DNA from: Selaginella moellendorffii
Taxonomy: Eukaryota; Plantae; Lycopodiophyta
Reading direction: 5' to 3'
NCBI RefSeq assembly: GCF_000143415.4
Contig: NW_003314337.1
Span: 386,061-450,060, forward strand
Length of the DNA: 64,000 nt
The stretch's first letter is position 1; every line of letters starts with the position of its first letter. Made by a program: the position numbers and the translations under genes. Shown piece by piece: positions 11,123 through 22,362 of the stretch. Below the pieces are notes generated by a model, which saw nothing but the letters and a program-made list of their open reading frames with translations, made no database searches and was not told the origin of the DNA.

Positions 11123-14100
11123 TCAAACTGTTTTGAAAAGCTCTTTCATTTCTGTTGACGAGGGGCTCAATGTCTCAGATGGGTAGCACTTTTGTAGCAA
11201 CGCTTCCAGGCTTTCGTATTTGTCAATAAAATCAACCTGGAAAGACCAAGATTTAATCCTCGAGACAAGAAAGCAAGATCATACCTTGCATTTATCCCAA
11301 AGATTTGGCAACAACTCCTCTGACACTAAAGTCTTTTGCATCTTTTTATACATGGCCTGGAGCGACCTTTCCACCTGCATGAGAAAGAATTTGAAGGCCT
11401 TCCAACAGTAAACGAATTAAACGTACGCCAGACAAGCTAGCCTTCACCACTTTGCGTAGTTCGTTTTTGGAAACTCCCAGTTGGAAGGGAACCTGGAAAA
11501 GGTTTAGAGTCTTTGACATTACACAACAGACTTTCCTACTTACCTCTTCTGGAGTGATTGTATACAGCAGGTTTTCCACTCGTTGGCCGAACTGGAACAG
11601 CTTCTCAAATTGCTGAGAAACGAGAAGTGAAAAGAAAATAAGAAACGCTGGAGTGATTATAATCCTACCATGTTGATGATAGAGTTCACGTATCGAGTGC
11701 ACGCTTGCTCATATGCTTCACTAGCTTGCTGGTAAAATCGAGCTAGTGTGGGTACCATATTTGCCAAGTCAAACATGCTATAAAATGAAAGTAAGTTCGA
11801 TAGTCGAATTGTTAACCTTTGTGCACCTGTTCTGAAAAGAAGCATAATTTTCCAGCAGTAAAACGTCTGCGTACTTTGGATCATTTTGTGCAATACGTTC
11901 CAATACAGTGAACATTGTTCCCACCTACACATAAACAAACACACTTTGGTTCCTATATGAAAATGTTTGAACGTACCAGCCTCGTGTAAGCTAGATCCAC
12001 CATGTCTCTCGACATACCCTGCACCAATCCTTCCATTCGTGAGGCTAGACTTGCGAACCTAGAACCAATGAATCAGTACGTGATCGATGTTTGATTACAG
12101 AAATAACAGTCCACCTCGGAACGTATGAGAGTACGCCCGTCTGCCTGACGTTACGGTCGTGCTTTTCTATTTGATGGCAAACCTCATCCAGGAACTAAAG
12201 AGGCATGCTGAGTTAGAAGAGCATGCGGGATAGAAACACTTACCTTAGAAAATTGGTTACTGATCCTGGCTTGCAAATCAGCCAATAGGCGCCTAACAAA
12301 ACCAGCGGCATCAGCTTTGTGACTTGAGAGATATCGTTCTGTTGTCCCTTGCATTGAGATGCACCTCAAAGGATCAACTTTGTAAGCCCAATCCACAACA
12401 GCATAGAAATCCTCCTGAAACAGATTGTGTTAGACGTCAACGAAATCACATAGACGCTACCTGAATGCCATCAAGAAGCTCTTGAAGAGCCTGATTCAAG
12501 GCTTCCATCTCCGCAGCGTTTTGTTCCGCTGGAAAGTCCAAAGTCGTGTAAAATCTTTCATCTCAACTAAACTTACTCGGCTTTGCATCTGCTCCATCGA
12601 AATCTAATGGAGTATCATCCTCATCGTCTCCACTTTTCTCATCACCGGCTCTGGGAGGGGCCAAAGGTAAAACTTCATAGCACATAAATGACGCAAAAAA
12701 TGCACTCTGCATCAAATCGCCATCACCATAAACTTAATAAATAGTGGAAACTGCAACTTACCTCGTCGACAAGTAGGGGTACAAATATTCGCAACATCTT
12801 GGCGTATGCATCAGAAACTGTGGATGTGTCACCCATAGAACCAGCCGTTCCTCCACCAGCAACAGCATTGTCCATCCAAACAGCTGAACTCCTTAAGACC
12901 TTCGTGCTTGCACGAAGCTCATTTGCGAATTCACGAGCCTGTAAATTTCCACAAAACATCGAAAACCTTAATCAGAAAGTCAGAAAAATCACACAAACTG
13001 AACATACCTCTCGCCGTAGCAGTAGGTTCAAGGACTGGCAATAAGCCTTTCTCAAAGGTCCCAATGAATTTTTGTCTAGCCCCTGGAGTATCAAATGGCT
13101 AGTGTGAGACAAAGACAAGGTAGAAATGGTAGCACCTTTAAGTGCTGCAGCAAACGAGCATATGTTCTACATTTGAATCGTAAATCTGCGTGGTCGGGCC
13201 TTTTCAGCTGACCCCTCTGCAAGAAGAAAATCAGCAAGCGAACAACAAAACGAAAAGGCTACCTGTGAAAAATATGTTTTGTCGCTTATCATAAAATCGA
13301 CAAGATTGGAAAAGTAACTTCTCAGAAATTCAGAAGCACGACGAACAAATGTCGACTTCAATTTTTCGAGTTCCCCTCGCTTGTCTTTTACCTGTAAGAC
13401 TAGCTTTCATGTCAAAATGCATGTAAGTATGGTAAAAATGTTTACCGCACGCATATTAGCATAGGCTGGATCCATAAGTGGAGGTTCCATTCCACGAATT
13501 GCTCCTGCTAGCCAGTCGCAAGCGTCAACATTTTGTGGCATTCTCGATTCATCAAACGCTCCGCTTGTCAGCAGTGTTGCATACTGATGTATCAGCAATG
13601 AGAAAATATAAACAAGAAAGAAACAAGTACCTGAGGAGGAACATGTAGTCTTTCCAGAAGTTTATTAAGCTCCGCAACAAGGGCTGCGTTGTTCTGAACT
13701 TGCATCTCCAGCATGTTGTTTCTAGATTCTATCTGCAAGACAGTTAAGATAAAACATCCAGAATGAAGATTTCGGATACCGATTCGATGTCTTCCCGCAT
13801 GTGCCTAAGCTTGACGTTAAATATTCCTAGCCATTCATCCATGTCTTCGACCGCTTCTGACGCATTATTCAAACGTCTAAGAACCTATACCATATAACGA
13901 TTGTTGTAAACACAGCCAGCACTATATTGTTCTTTGAAGATTTACCTCCTCAACCAAAGGATCGCTTTCCAATATTGCATGGACGTTAGCGGCTTCCAAT
14001 GCTAAAAGCTCTCGTTTTAAACGTTCCGAGAATGCCTCAGCTTCGTCAAGTCCCATAACGTATCTGAGCCGAATGAGGTTTCACAAACGCACATTAAGAA

Positions 14101-14290
14101 AATTGGAAATTTTACGTACGTGCCAAGTAGAGCCTCCATATCGTCCTCTTCGGCCTTGGAAACGAGCTCCCTTTCTACAGTGACCTTAAGGTCTGTTTGA
14201 TCAACTCCATCCGTGGTCACAGTTCCGGATGGCGTTGCCGCTGTATCAGAATGCGCCTATTCCACACCAAATCTCAATCAAAAGCTGATT

Positions 14291-14322
<32 letters not shown>

Positions 14323-15042
14323 TACCTGTTCCCATAACGCCATTTCTACCACGTCCATGCCCACAATCTTCGGTATACGACCGAGGTTTTCCTTACAAAG
14401 TCGTATAACGGTTGTGAGGAAGCGATTCCTGTACGCCACGCCATGCAATAACTAAAAGAAGTGTTTTTCAAAAGCGATGCCTACCTCTCGTCTACGTTTC
14501 GCATCGTCCATTGAGGAGGAGCTACATTCTGGATCTTCAAGTTGTCAAAACCCTGGAGAACAGTATCTATCAGTAACGAAAGAAAAAAATGAAAACACGT
14601 ACCAGAACAAATGTGCAACCGGTGCTGTCGCTGGGAACAACTTCCACCCTGGACAGATGCTTCATTTTGTATAGCTTAGCCCTCTTCAGAAGAGAAAAAC
14701 CAAAGAAAAAGTGAGACCAAACATTGCTATCACCACCACAATTCTTGCCTGAAACCCAGAGGAGCTATACTTGAGAACATGAAGAGTGACCTTGAACTTC
14801 TGGGTCGTGGGTGAGCGCTTGCCTGCATTGATACAAGAGGAGTTACCAACTTGAGAAGACAAACACCATTACTTACAAGCGATCGCAAGCACTCGAGGCT
14901 TGCTAGTGGAACGCGAGAGAGCTCCCCAGGCCGACTGGCTCTTTGTGACCTTGAATGCCACAGTGACATCGTTGTCCGAATCCTGGAACACTGCTTCCAC
15001 CAATTTGTGGAGCTTCTCCTCCTCTGTGAGTGCCTTCACCAT
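11123..15042 (-). CDS. SEC3: Exocyst complex component SEC3 (20+ exons)
   Basis: [11 protein letters not shown]...[114 protein letters not shown]. Stop TGA at 11123. Confidence 0.93.
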
Positions 15043-15118
15043 TGTGCCTGGATGGAGCTTCTCCTCGATCTACATCAATGCCGCAGCGCCCAGCGATGGG
15101 AGTCCCATTCTATAAACC

Positions 15119-16906
15119 CTAGTCACACATTCCTCCCTTTTCCCTGTAGTTGTTCGCCAGAATCACATAGGGCGACACCTGATCTGGATCCAGCGCCAGC
15201 GCCGCCTCCCCGGATTGCTTGCCCCGCTCGATTTCCCGGTGGATCTTGCACGCATTGGCCAAAATCTTCCACGCCACGGCGTCCGGCTGGAATGGCATGC
15301 TCTGGATCAGCTCCTCCGCCTTCGCTAGCTCCCCCGCGCGCCCCAGAATATCGATCATACACAAGTAATGCTCCATTCCAGCCCTCAATCGGTGATCCGA
15401 CACCATCACCAGGAACCACCACCGGCCCTCCTCGACCGATCCACAAACCCTAAAGCAAGAGAGAATGCTGCTAAACGTGGCATCGTCGGCTATCATCCCT
15501 TCCAAGCTCGCGCAATTGGAGAGCTCGACCACCTGAGACAAATGCCCTTTCAAGGCATATGCTGCTATCAAAGCATTCCAGGCGGGCATATCCACCTCAG
15601 GGATGTCATCAAACACCATCCTAGCCGTCGATAGCTCATCGACAGACGCGTGAGCGACCATCACACCCGTCCATGCCACCATGTTCCAACAAGGCATCCG
15701 TGTAAATAGGAACTTTACCTTCTCTAAATGCCTGGAATAGGCAAATGCCGCTAGTAAAGCCGTCCACACCACTGCATTTCTCACACACGTAGCCAGAAAC
15801 AAACCCTCAGCCTTCAACGGTAAATTTACCTGTCCGTAGAGATTTACCATGATGCTAGTGGAAAAAACATCTGGAAAAGGAATCTTTCTGTACAATATTT
15901 CCGCGTTTTGAATTTGCCCAATCTCGGCATATGCCACAAGCATAGAATTCCACGATACATTGTCCCATTGAGGCATCTTTTGAAACATGGCGTAGGCATA
16001 TTCTATTTCTTGCTGTCGAGCTAGCTCACCCAAGAGCACTGTCCACAAAATGTGATCGCGTGAAGAAATTTGATCGAACAACTCTTTCGCGTGATCGAGA
16101 TTTCCCGTCCGCGCCGCGACTCTGATCATGGCAGTCGATGCGATGACGTCGGTGTAGGGGAGATTTTCGTAGATTGACTTGGAGCCTCGAAAGTCCCCAG
16201 TTTGTTCGTAGAGATGGAGAAGAACCGTCCACGATTCGATGCTCCTTTGCGGCATCTTTTCCAGGAGCTCACCCGCGGCGATCGATTGCTTGCTCGCGGT
16301 GAGCGCGTGGAGCATCGCATTCCATGTCGAGGAGTCGCGAGCAGGGGAGCATTCGAAGATGTTCTTGGCGGCTTTCACATCCGCGACCGCGATTCGAGTG
16401 TAAGCAGCGATCATTGTGTTGAGCGAGATTTCATCCCTGCAAGGCATCGAATCGTAGAATTTCGTCGCGGCCTCGAAATCCTGTCGATCTAGCAAAGCTT
16501 TCAACCGGAGATTACAAGAGAAAGAATCCCACTGTGGCATTCTATCGAGAATCCCTTCGAAAGCCCCGAAATCCCTGACGGCGGCAAAAGCTCCGAGGAG
16601 AGAATTCCACGACACGGCATCTCTCGTCGGCATTTTCTCGAAGAAATCTGCCGCCTCGCGGGCGCTGGAGTTCTTGGCAATCGCGGCCAGGAGATTGTTC
16701 CAAGAGAATAGATTGGGGCTGGCGATTCCATCAAACACCAACCTCGCATCATCCAAACTCCCACAGCTCCCAAACATCTGAATCATCTGATTGCACAGGC
16801 GAGTCTCGTGCCGCAGACCGATCGGCGAAACACTCGCGTGGATTTCTCTCGCGAGTGCTAGATCCTTGGTCCTCCCACACCGCCTGATAACATCGCCAAG
16901 GCTCAT
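15119..16906 (-). CDS. PLS-class PPR protein with short (~31 aa) repeats and E domain, no DYW; intronless
   Basis: Repeats such as 'FEKMPTRDAVSWNSLL'; C-terminal EHYLCMIDILGRAGELAKAEELIQSMPFQPDAVAWKILANACKIH...PYVILAN. First ATG at 16906; the ORF track starts at a GTG. Confidence 0.9.
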   Translation of the reverse strand: MSLGDVIRRCGRTKDLALAREIHASVSPIGLRHETRLCNQMIQMFGSCGSLDDARLVFDGIASPNLFSWNNLLAAIAKNSSAREAADFFEKMPTRDAVSWNSLLGAFAAVRDFGAFEGILDRMPQWDSFSCNLRLKALLDRQDFEAATKFYDSMPCRDEISLNTMIAAYTRIAVADVKAAKNIFECSPARDSSTWNAMLHALTASKQSIAAGELLEKMPQRSIESWTVLLHLYEQTGDFRGSKSIYENLPYTDVIASTAMIRVAARTGNLDHAKELFDQISSRDHILWTVLLGELARQQEIEYAYAMFQKMPQWDNVSWNSMLVAYAEIGQIQNAEILYRKIPFPDVFSTSIMVNLYGQVNLPLKAEGLFLATCVRNAVVWTALLAAFAYSRHLEKVKFLFTRMPCWNMVAWTGVMVAHASVDELSTARMVFDDIPEVDMPAWNALIAAYALKGHLSQVVELSNCASLEGMIADDATFSSILSCFRVCGSVEEGRWWFLVMVSDHRLRAGMEHYLCMIDILGRAGELAKAEELIQSMPFQPDAVAWKILANACKIHREIERGKQSGEAALALDPDQVSPYVILANNYREKGGMCD

Positions 16907-17041
16907 TCCGAGAGAACCAGTCCCTCCGGCATTCCGTCCCAGAATGTACGGGCGACGCTGCCTATTCCATCCCGGAATGTCCACCTCTTTAACGGCCTAT
17001 TGTTTTGAAGTGTGCGAAGGAGAGAGCGAGAGCGCAGAGCA

Positions 17042-18532
17042 ATGCTGGGCAAGGGTTTCAAATCTTCGAAATGGTAAGCGCCTCGCCGGCCCTCTTCGAT
17101 CGATCGATCGCTGTCCTGCTTCTCACTTTTTTTTTTATTTTCTCATCCCTATTGATCGATCCATGGCAGCAAAACGCTCCTCAAGCTTGCGACGTCTCGG
17201 ATCAAGCTCTTGAGGAACAAGAGGGACATCCAGGTGAAGCAAATGCGCCGCGACATTGCACAGATGTTGGGGACTGGCCAGGAACCTAGCGCTCGCATCC
17301 GGGTGGGTATTCTCCAATATATTCCCATCTTCTAAGCTTTGTTTCCACCAGGTAGAGCATGTTATCAGAGAGCAAAACATCATGGACGCGTATGATATGG
17401 TGGAGCTTTTCGCTGAGCTCATTGTAGTGCGTTTGCCAGTGATCGATGGCCAGAAGTAAGTAGTTTGATCAAAAGAGTGAAGAACAAAGGAAAAGAAGTT
17501 CTATCTTTTAGTCTCGAATGAAAAACTGAGATCAACTATTTTGATGCAGGACATGTCCGGCCGACTTGAAGGAATCCATCGCAAGTTTGATCTTTGCAGC
17601 AGCAAGGTGTGCTGATCTACCCGAGCTCGCTGATATAAAATCGTGTTTTGCTCTCAAGTACGGGAAGGAGTTTGTTGCTGCTGCTGCTGAGCTGAGGCCG
17701 ACTTGTGGTGTTAGCCGGAGGGTCTGGATCAATTTCCTTTGTTCTTTCTGTTTAGGATTTCTGACAACAATTTAGTTTTTCTGCTCCAGATAATCGAGAA
17801 AATGTCCGTCCGAGCTCCGTCCGGAGAGACGAAACTAAAGGTGCTCAAAGAAATAGCTACGGAATATGGTGTGGTCTGGGACCCCAGGGACACTGAGGCC
17901 GAGCTTCTAAGCCAGCCCGAGGACCTTCTCGTAAGTTTTTCATTCACCTCTTAACACTGAAACAACGTTTCTCTCCACAGGATGGTCCTCACAAGTTCCA
18001 GTCGGCCACCGAGATGCCTCGGCCTCGGTCCGATCCTCCTCCAAAGCCTGTCATGAACACCAAAGCTTCGACATTCACCAATCCTTCCATGTTTGTCAAC
18101 TCAAGAGCGTCGATAACTCCGCGCAGTTCGTTTCCACAAGAGAACCACGCTCACTCCACCATGAACGGTCCGGGCACTCCAGCTTACAAGGACGTCGCTG
18201 CCGCGGCTCAAGCGGCGGCGGACTCGGCCGAGCAAGCTGCCGCTGCTGCCCGAGCCGTGGCAAATCTGGCAACGAGACAGGTGCTACAGGGACTCTCGGA
18301 GCAAATCCTGAACGCGGTGCCGTGTGACGAAGAAACTAGCCCAAGATCATACAAGCTCCGCGACTACTTGTCTGGTGCCGCCAACGAGCTCGATGACTCG
18401 CCAGTTTCCATCTTCAATGGTCGCACCAGGCATTCCACCAGCGAGCTTTTCCGTGATCACGGCGGCTCCAGCCCGGACGATCACGACGATCTGACTGCTC
18501 GCTTCCAAGCGCTCAAATCTAGACGCTGCTGA
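17042..18532 (+). CDS. IST1: IST1-like (regulator of Vps4 activity, ESCRT-III related); multi-exon
   Basis: MLGKGFKSSKCKTLLKLATSRIKLLRNKR..ARIRVEHVIREQN, LKESIASLIFAAARCADLPEL, and a C-terminal MIM-like DDLTARFQALK. Confidence 0.9.
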
Positions 18533-18636
18533 TCAGTTGGTTTTAAGCTAAAGGTGATAGATGTTTAATCTAAAAGGTAATATGAAGATATTTGCTTATA
18601 TGAAGGAAGAAAAGGAAGAAACTGATTAGGGTTTAG

Positions 18637-19626
18637 ATGGGTGCTCTCATTCCAGGATTGATAGATGATATAGTTGTTCAGCATATCATTTGCAAACTCT
18701 CTTATGCTGATAAAGTGATTGCAAGTCGTTTAAATTTAGCATGGAGAGAAGCAATTAGGATCCAGCATCGTCTCATACTACTTGATCACAATACAGCAAA
18801 GGTTTCTTTCATCCCTGGTGGTGGACTTTTCGAGTTCAAAGACCTTATGCTTTGCGATGAAATAAGCACGATAGACAGGTGTGAGATCACGGGACATAAT
18901 GTGAGGGTGGTAGCGGCAGTACAAAACCAAAATATTTTGATGTCAAAGTGTAATTGGAGCGAAGATAAATGGCATATAGTATTATGTAGCTCATTGGGCA
19001 CTATTTCATCGATTTTTCCACCACTATATTTGGAGACGTATAGTGTTAAAACGCCTGACTTTGCTGTGTGGAAAGGCGAGAACGAGATGAAGGTGTTGGT
19101 TTTTTGGTATTATGTTAAGCAATATTCTTCCAAAGATCCAGAGAAGTGGGTTGAGATTGACGAGGGTGATCCTATTGCATGTCCAGTTGTGAAAGGGAAT
19201 GTTTGCTTTGCCGTGAATCTCTTCAAGATGGCATTAGTATGTTATAGACTTAAGGAGGGTGGCCGGTTTCAAACACTAAAGACTGATTTGGGAAAACCAG
19301 GAACAATGATGTGGTTGGAAGAGAAAGGGGAGAATTTGGTGTTGGTTAGAACGAAGTCTACGGATGACAAACAAGTTGCAGAAATCTTTGAGATTGTGTT
19401 GTCTGAGGACTATGAAATGAGACTCTTAGGACAGGTTTCATACGAGCACAACACGGAACTATTGGAGGTGAAATCAGTGGAGGGCAAGATTTACTTGAGC
19501 TTATATGAGAGAAGATCGACTACAGGGTCATGTTGCCGTGTGATTGAATACTCTAATGGTGAGGAGTTTGAAGTTCTTAAAGATTTAAACAGATCCTTCA
19601 CTTTGAATACAGCAAAAGTTGTTTGA
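18637..19626 (+). CDS. Divergent intronless F-box protein (F-box plus beta-propeller-like C-terminus)
   Basis: N-terminal LIPGLIDDIVVQHIICKL...SRLNLAWR resembles F-box/kelch N-termini. Uninterrupted AT-rich 329-aa ORF with telo-box TAGGGTTT just upstream of the ATG. Confidence 0.6.
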   Translation: MGALIPGLIDDIVVQHIICKLSYADKVIASRLNLAWREAIRIQHRLILLDHNTAKVSFIPGGGLFEFKDLMLCDEISTIDRCEITGHNVRVVAAVQNQNILMSKCNWSEDKWHIVLCSSLGTISSIFPPLYLETYSVKTPDFAVWKGENEMKVLVFWYYVKQYSSKDPEKWVEIDEGDPIACPVVKGNVCFAVNLFKMALVCYRLKEGGRFQTLKTDLGKPGTMMWLEEKGENLVLVRTKSTDDKQVAEIFEIVLSEDYEMRLLGQVSYEHNTELLEVKSVEGKIYLSLYERRSTTGSCCRVIEYSNGEEFEVLKDLNRSFTLNTAKVV

Positions 19627-19789
19627 GAATTTCATTTTGTGTTTTTACAAAACGAGATTAAATATATAATGTCAGATTTTTCCTAACCTAAATTCACTCG
19701 GGCCCCTCGATCCAGAGCAGGTTATAAGAAGACCTGTTTCTCGTTCGTTTATCATCGTTTCATGTTCTCGAATGAGTGATTTTTTTGTT

Positions 19790-20240
19790 TGAAGGACATT
19801 CGCACGCATTTGGACGTGACCAACGTGGAAGTAACGAAAAGTGAACACTCGCAGGATAGAGAGATTGATAGTAGAAGACGTGGATGAAGACTGAGAGAAA
19901 GGCCGGAGGAAAGGTGGCAAAGACACCTGGGAGAGAGAAGAAGCCACCAAAGCTAAAGACGAGCAAGGTTCCAAGAGAAATCAAATTGTGTAGTCAGCAC
20001 CTTTGGAGAAAGGTGCCAGTAAGGAGTTGATCACTTATGGAGCATGGAGTATAGAGCAAGTCTTGTGGTTATTGCAACAAGCCTAACCATGAAGAATCTG
20101 AATGTAAGTTGAAGATAAAACACTTTCAACAGCTGGAGGATTTCAAATGTTCAAAACCTGAGGCTCACTATGGACGATTGCCGGACAAAATTTGTGTTGC
20201 CCAGCTCAAAACCAAGCTTGAAAACAATGCCATGATGATA
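19790..20240 (+). mobile_element. LTR-retrotransposon gag remnant with CCHC zinc knuckle
   Basis: CGYCNKPNHEESECK (CX2CX4HX4C) at about 20065-20108, in a frame interrupted by stops. Confidence 0.6.
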
Positions 20241-20298
20241 TAGGGACTTTTACTTAGAATCTTTCTTTCTTTAAATTTTATTTGCAACTTTATGTAAC

Positions 20299-21096
20299 TT
20301 AAAGGCAGAAGAAGGTTTTCTGCATCCATAAAAGTATACAATAAAACACTATAGCTTTACAAATTTCTCCAGGAGTTAGATAATGGATTTTAAGCCTCTT
20401 GAATGTAAGGTAAATAAAATCTTTCCACTGTGATAACATACTTTCCTTTTCCACGTACTTTAGCACCCATGGATGATTCTTCACTTGTGCTGCTGTTAAA
20501 TGACGATCATCTAACATGCTTTGGATCAGTTTTGCTGCCCCTGGTGGAACCATAATCCGCCAGTTAAAAGAACGTGGCTGGTCCTCTAACCAGATGTTCG
20601 TCAATAGAAGAATTAAAACATACCCCAACCATCTAATATCTACAGTAATTTCTTCTCGATAATTACGCCTTAACACAATGCTATCATCAAAACCAGAGAA
20701 TCTCACATCATCCAAGTCTTCTCCCTTGACAAGAATCTCATTGTACCTAAAAATCCCAAGGAAGTGCATACGGTGTAATACCCCCGCCATTCTGTGAACT
20801 AAAAGGGCAGCTTCTCTCTCGCCCATTTTTCCCTGGGATTTAAGACGCTCATACAAATGATCCTCACAAGGTTCCATTATCAAGTGCCAGCGTGTGGGTT
20901 CTCTTACAACTTCCATCAATTCCATCACCCCAGGAGTGCCCTTGAGAAGTGTCAAGATCCGAATCTCATTCCTCAGTTCCCAGAATTCTTGATTATCACC
21001 TGTCACACTGACTGTCCTACAACAGAAGATCTTGTTGTTGTTCAAAGCTCTTACCAAAGGCAATCCAGAGCTGGGCACAACCTCATACTTCTCCAT
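20299..21096 (-). CDS. Intronless CAMK/CDPK-derived pseudokinase with hydrophobic C-terminal tail
   Basis: Kinase scaffold (ELRNEIRILTLLKG, HLIMEPC..LYERL, GAAKLIQSML..LTAAQVKNHPWV) with the VAIK, HRD and DFG motifs absent. First ATG at 21096. Confidence 0.65.
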   Translation of the reverse strand: MEKYEVVPSSGLPLVRALNNNKIFCCRTVSVTGDNQEFWELRNEIRILTLLKGTPGVMELMEVVREPTRWHLIMEPCEDHLYERLKSQGKMGEREAALLVHRMAGVLHRMHFLGIFRYNEILVKGEDLDDVRFSGFDDSIVLRRNYREEITVDIRWLGYVLILLLTNIWLEDQPRSFNWRIMVPPGAAKLIQSMLDDRHLTAAQVKNHPWVLKYVEKESMLSQWKDFIYLTFKRLKIHYLTPGEICKAIVFYCILLWMQKTFFCL

Positions 21097-21128
21097 TTGA
21101 TTTAGGGTTGCCAAAGTGTTGAGCCGCC

Positions 21129-21138
21129 CTTTTATAGT
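21129..21138 (-). promoter_or_regulatory. Canonical TATA box (CTATAAAAAG) upstream of the pseudokinase
   Basis: The - strand reads CTATAAAAAGGG about 35-40 nt upstream of ATG 21096. Confidence 0.5.
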
Positions 21139-21287
21139 TACTCTAATGCCTTTTCCTTATTTAAGAGATTCTTTTATGCGTGGCAAAACCTAAGCCGTCG
21201 GATCTCCCCGTTTTGCCAAACGACTATCGCGAGAATCGACCTCTAGAGTTTTTGATCTAGGGCAAGGGTTTGCGAGAGAAGAGCGAC

Positions 21288-21599
21288 ATGGGGGGCGGTG
21301 GAAAGGCGCTGGGAGCGAATCCAGGGGTCGTGGCAGTGCGACTGCGAGAGGTGGTCTACACGCTGTCCCCGAATCACCTCAAGATAATGCCGGGGCTGTG
21401 GAAGGATCTCCCGGAGAAGATCAAGCACAAGCTTGAGAACTGGCACTATGGCGTGCTCGTCGCCGTGGGATTCTACGGCCCCGTGTGGTAAACTTTGCCT
21501 GATTTTGGGGATTTCTTCTCTTGGTTGAGCTTCTTATTTCTTGAGTGTAGGTTTTGCAAGCACTCCGTGCATCAGAGGGAGCTCTCTCACCGCGACTAG
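21288..21599 (+). CDS. QCR8: Cytochrome b-c1 complex subunit 8 (two exons: 21288-21488 and 21551-21599)
   Basis: VRLREVVYTLSPNHLKIMPGLWKDLPEKIKHKLENW...FCKHSVHQRELSHRD*, typical of plant QCR8. One GT-AG intron. Confidence 0.88.
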
Positions 21600-21699
21600 G
21601 ATTTGAATTTGGCTGGAAAATTTGGAAGAAGGTACTCTTTCTTTTGGCAATAAAAGGAGAGCTTTTGGACAATAGAACAATTTGGAACTTCGCCAAACT

Positions 21700-22241
21700 T
21701 CATAGCTTGTCTGTGTCTTTTCTCAAACTTGAAAGGTGGCTTATAACAGCTCTGGAGATCTCCAGAGCCACCATGGAAGATCTCAACGCAAACTCTTCGT
21801 ACTCTTTGGAGAAAAGTATCGTTTGGTAATCGTCGATCACTGTCTTCACTGCCGATTCTTTGAGAGCCTCGGCAGAACTTGCGAGCTCGAGCATCTCCAG
21901 CGCATTGGAAGAAGTTACACTGCTCGTAAGATACTCCTTGCAAGTTCTGAGTTCTGGTCAGAGCTGGGATATCATACTTGTCTGCCGCGACAAGAAGAGA
22001 CGCGGAGTTTTTGTCGTCGCTGATTCGAGCGCTGTAGAGAAACTCGTTGAAGTTCTCGAGTTGGCTGTGGTTGAGGAGCTCCGGGATCATCACGGCTCCA
22101 CTGTGCTCGGATTTGCAAGCGTCAACTTCGAACAAGACCTTGGAAACGATGATTTGTGGCCTGGATCACGACGAAGTTTGAGAGGGAGCAAGTTCTACAA
22201 GTTTCTACAGGACAATGCGGTGTGCTCGATGGAGTGACCAT
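21700..22241 (-). pseudogene. 5'-truncated, frameshifted copy of the BTB gene at 28623-29541
   Basis: Near-identical to 28623-29176 but with small deletions and a frameshift; stops abruptly within exon 2. Confidence 0.9.
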
Positions 22242-22362
22242 AATTAAACTCGTTGTCTTAACAAAGCAACTACTGATGAAAATGTAAAGATTTTATTCGA
22301 CTATTACCTTCACTTTTGACAATAATAACTTTGAAAAGTGTGAGGCAAGAAAGGTACATGTT

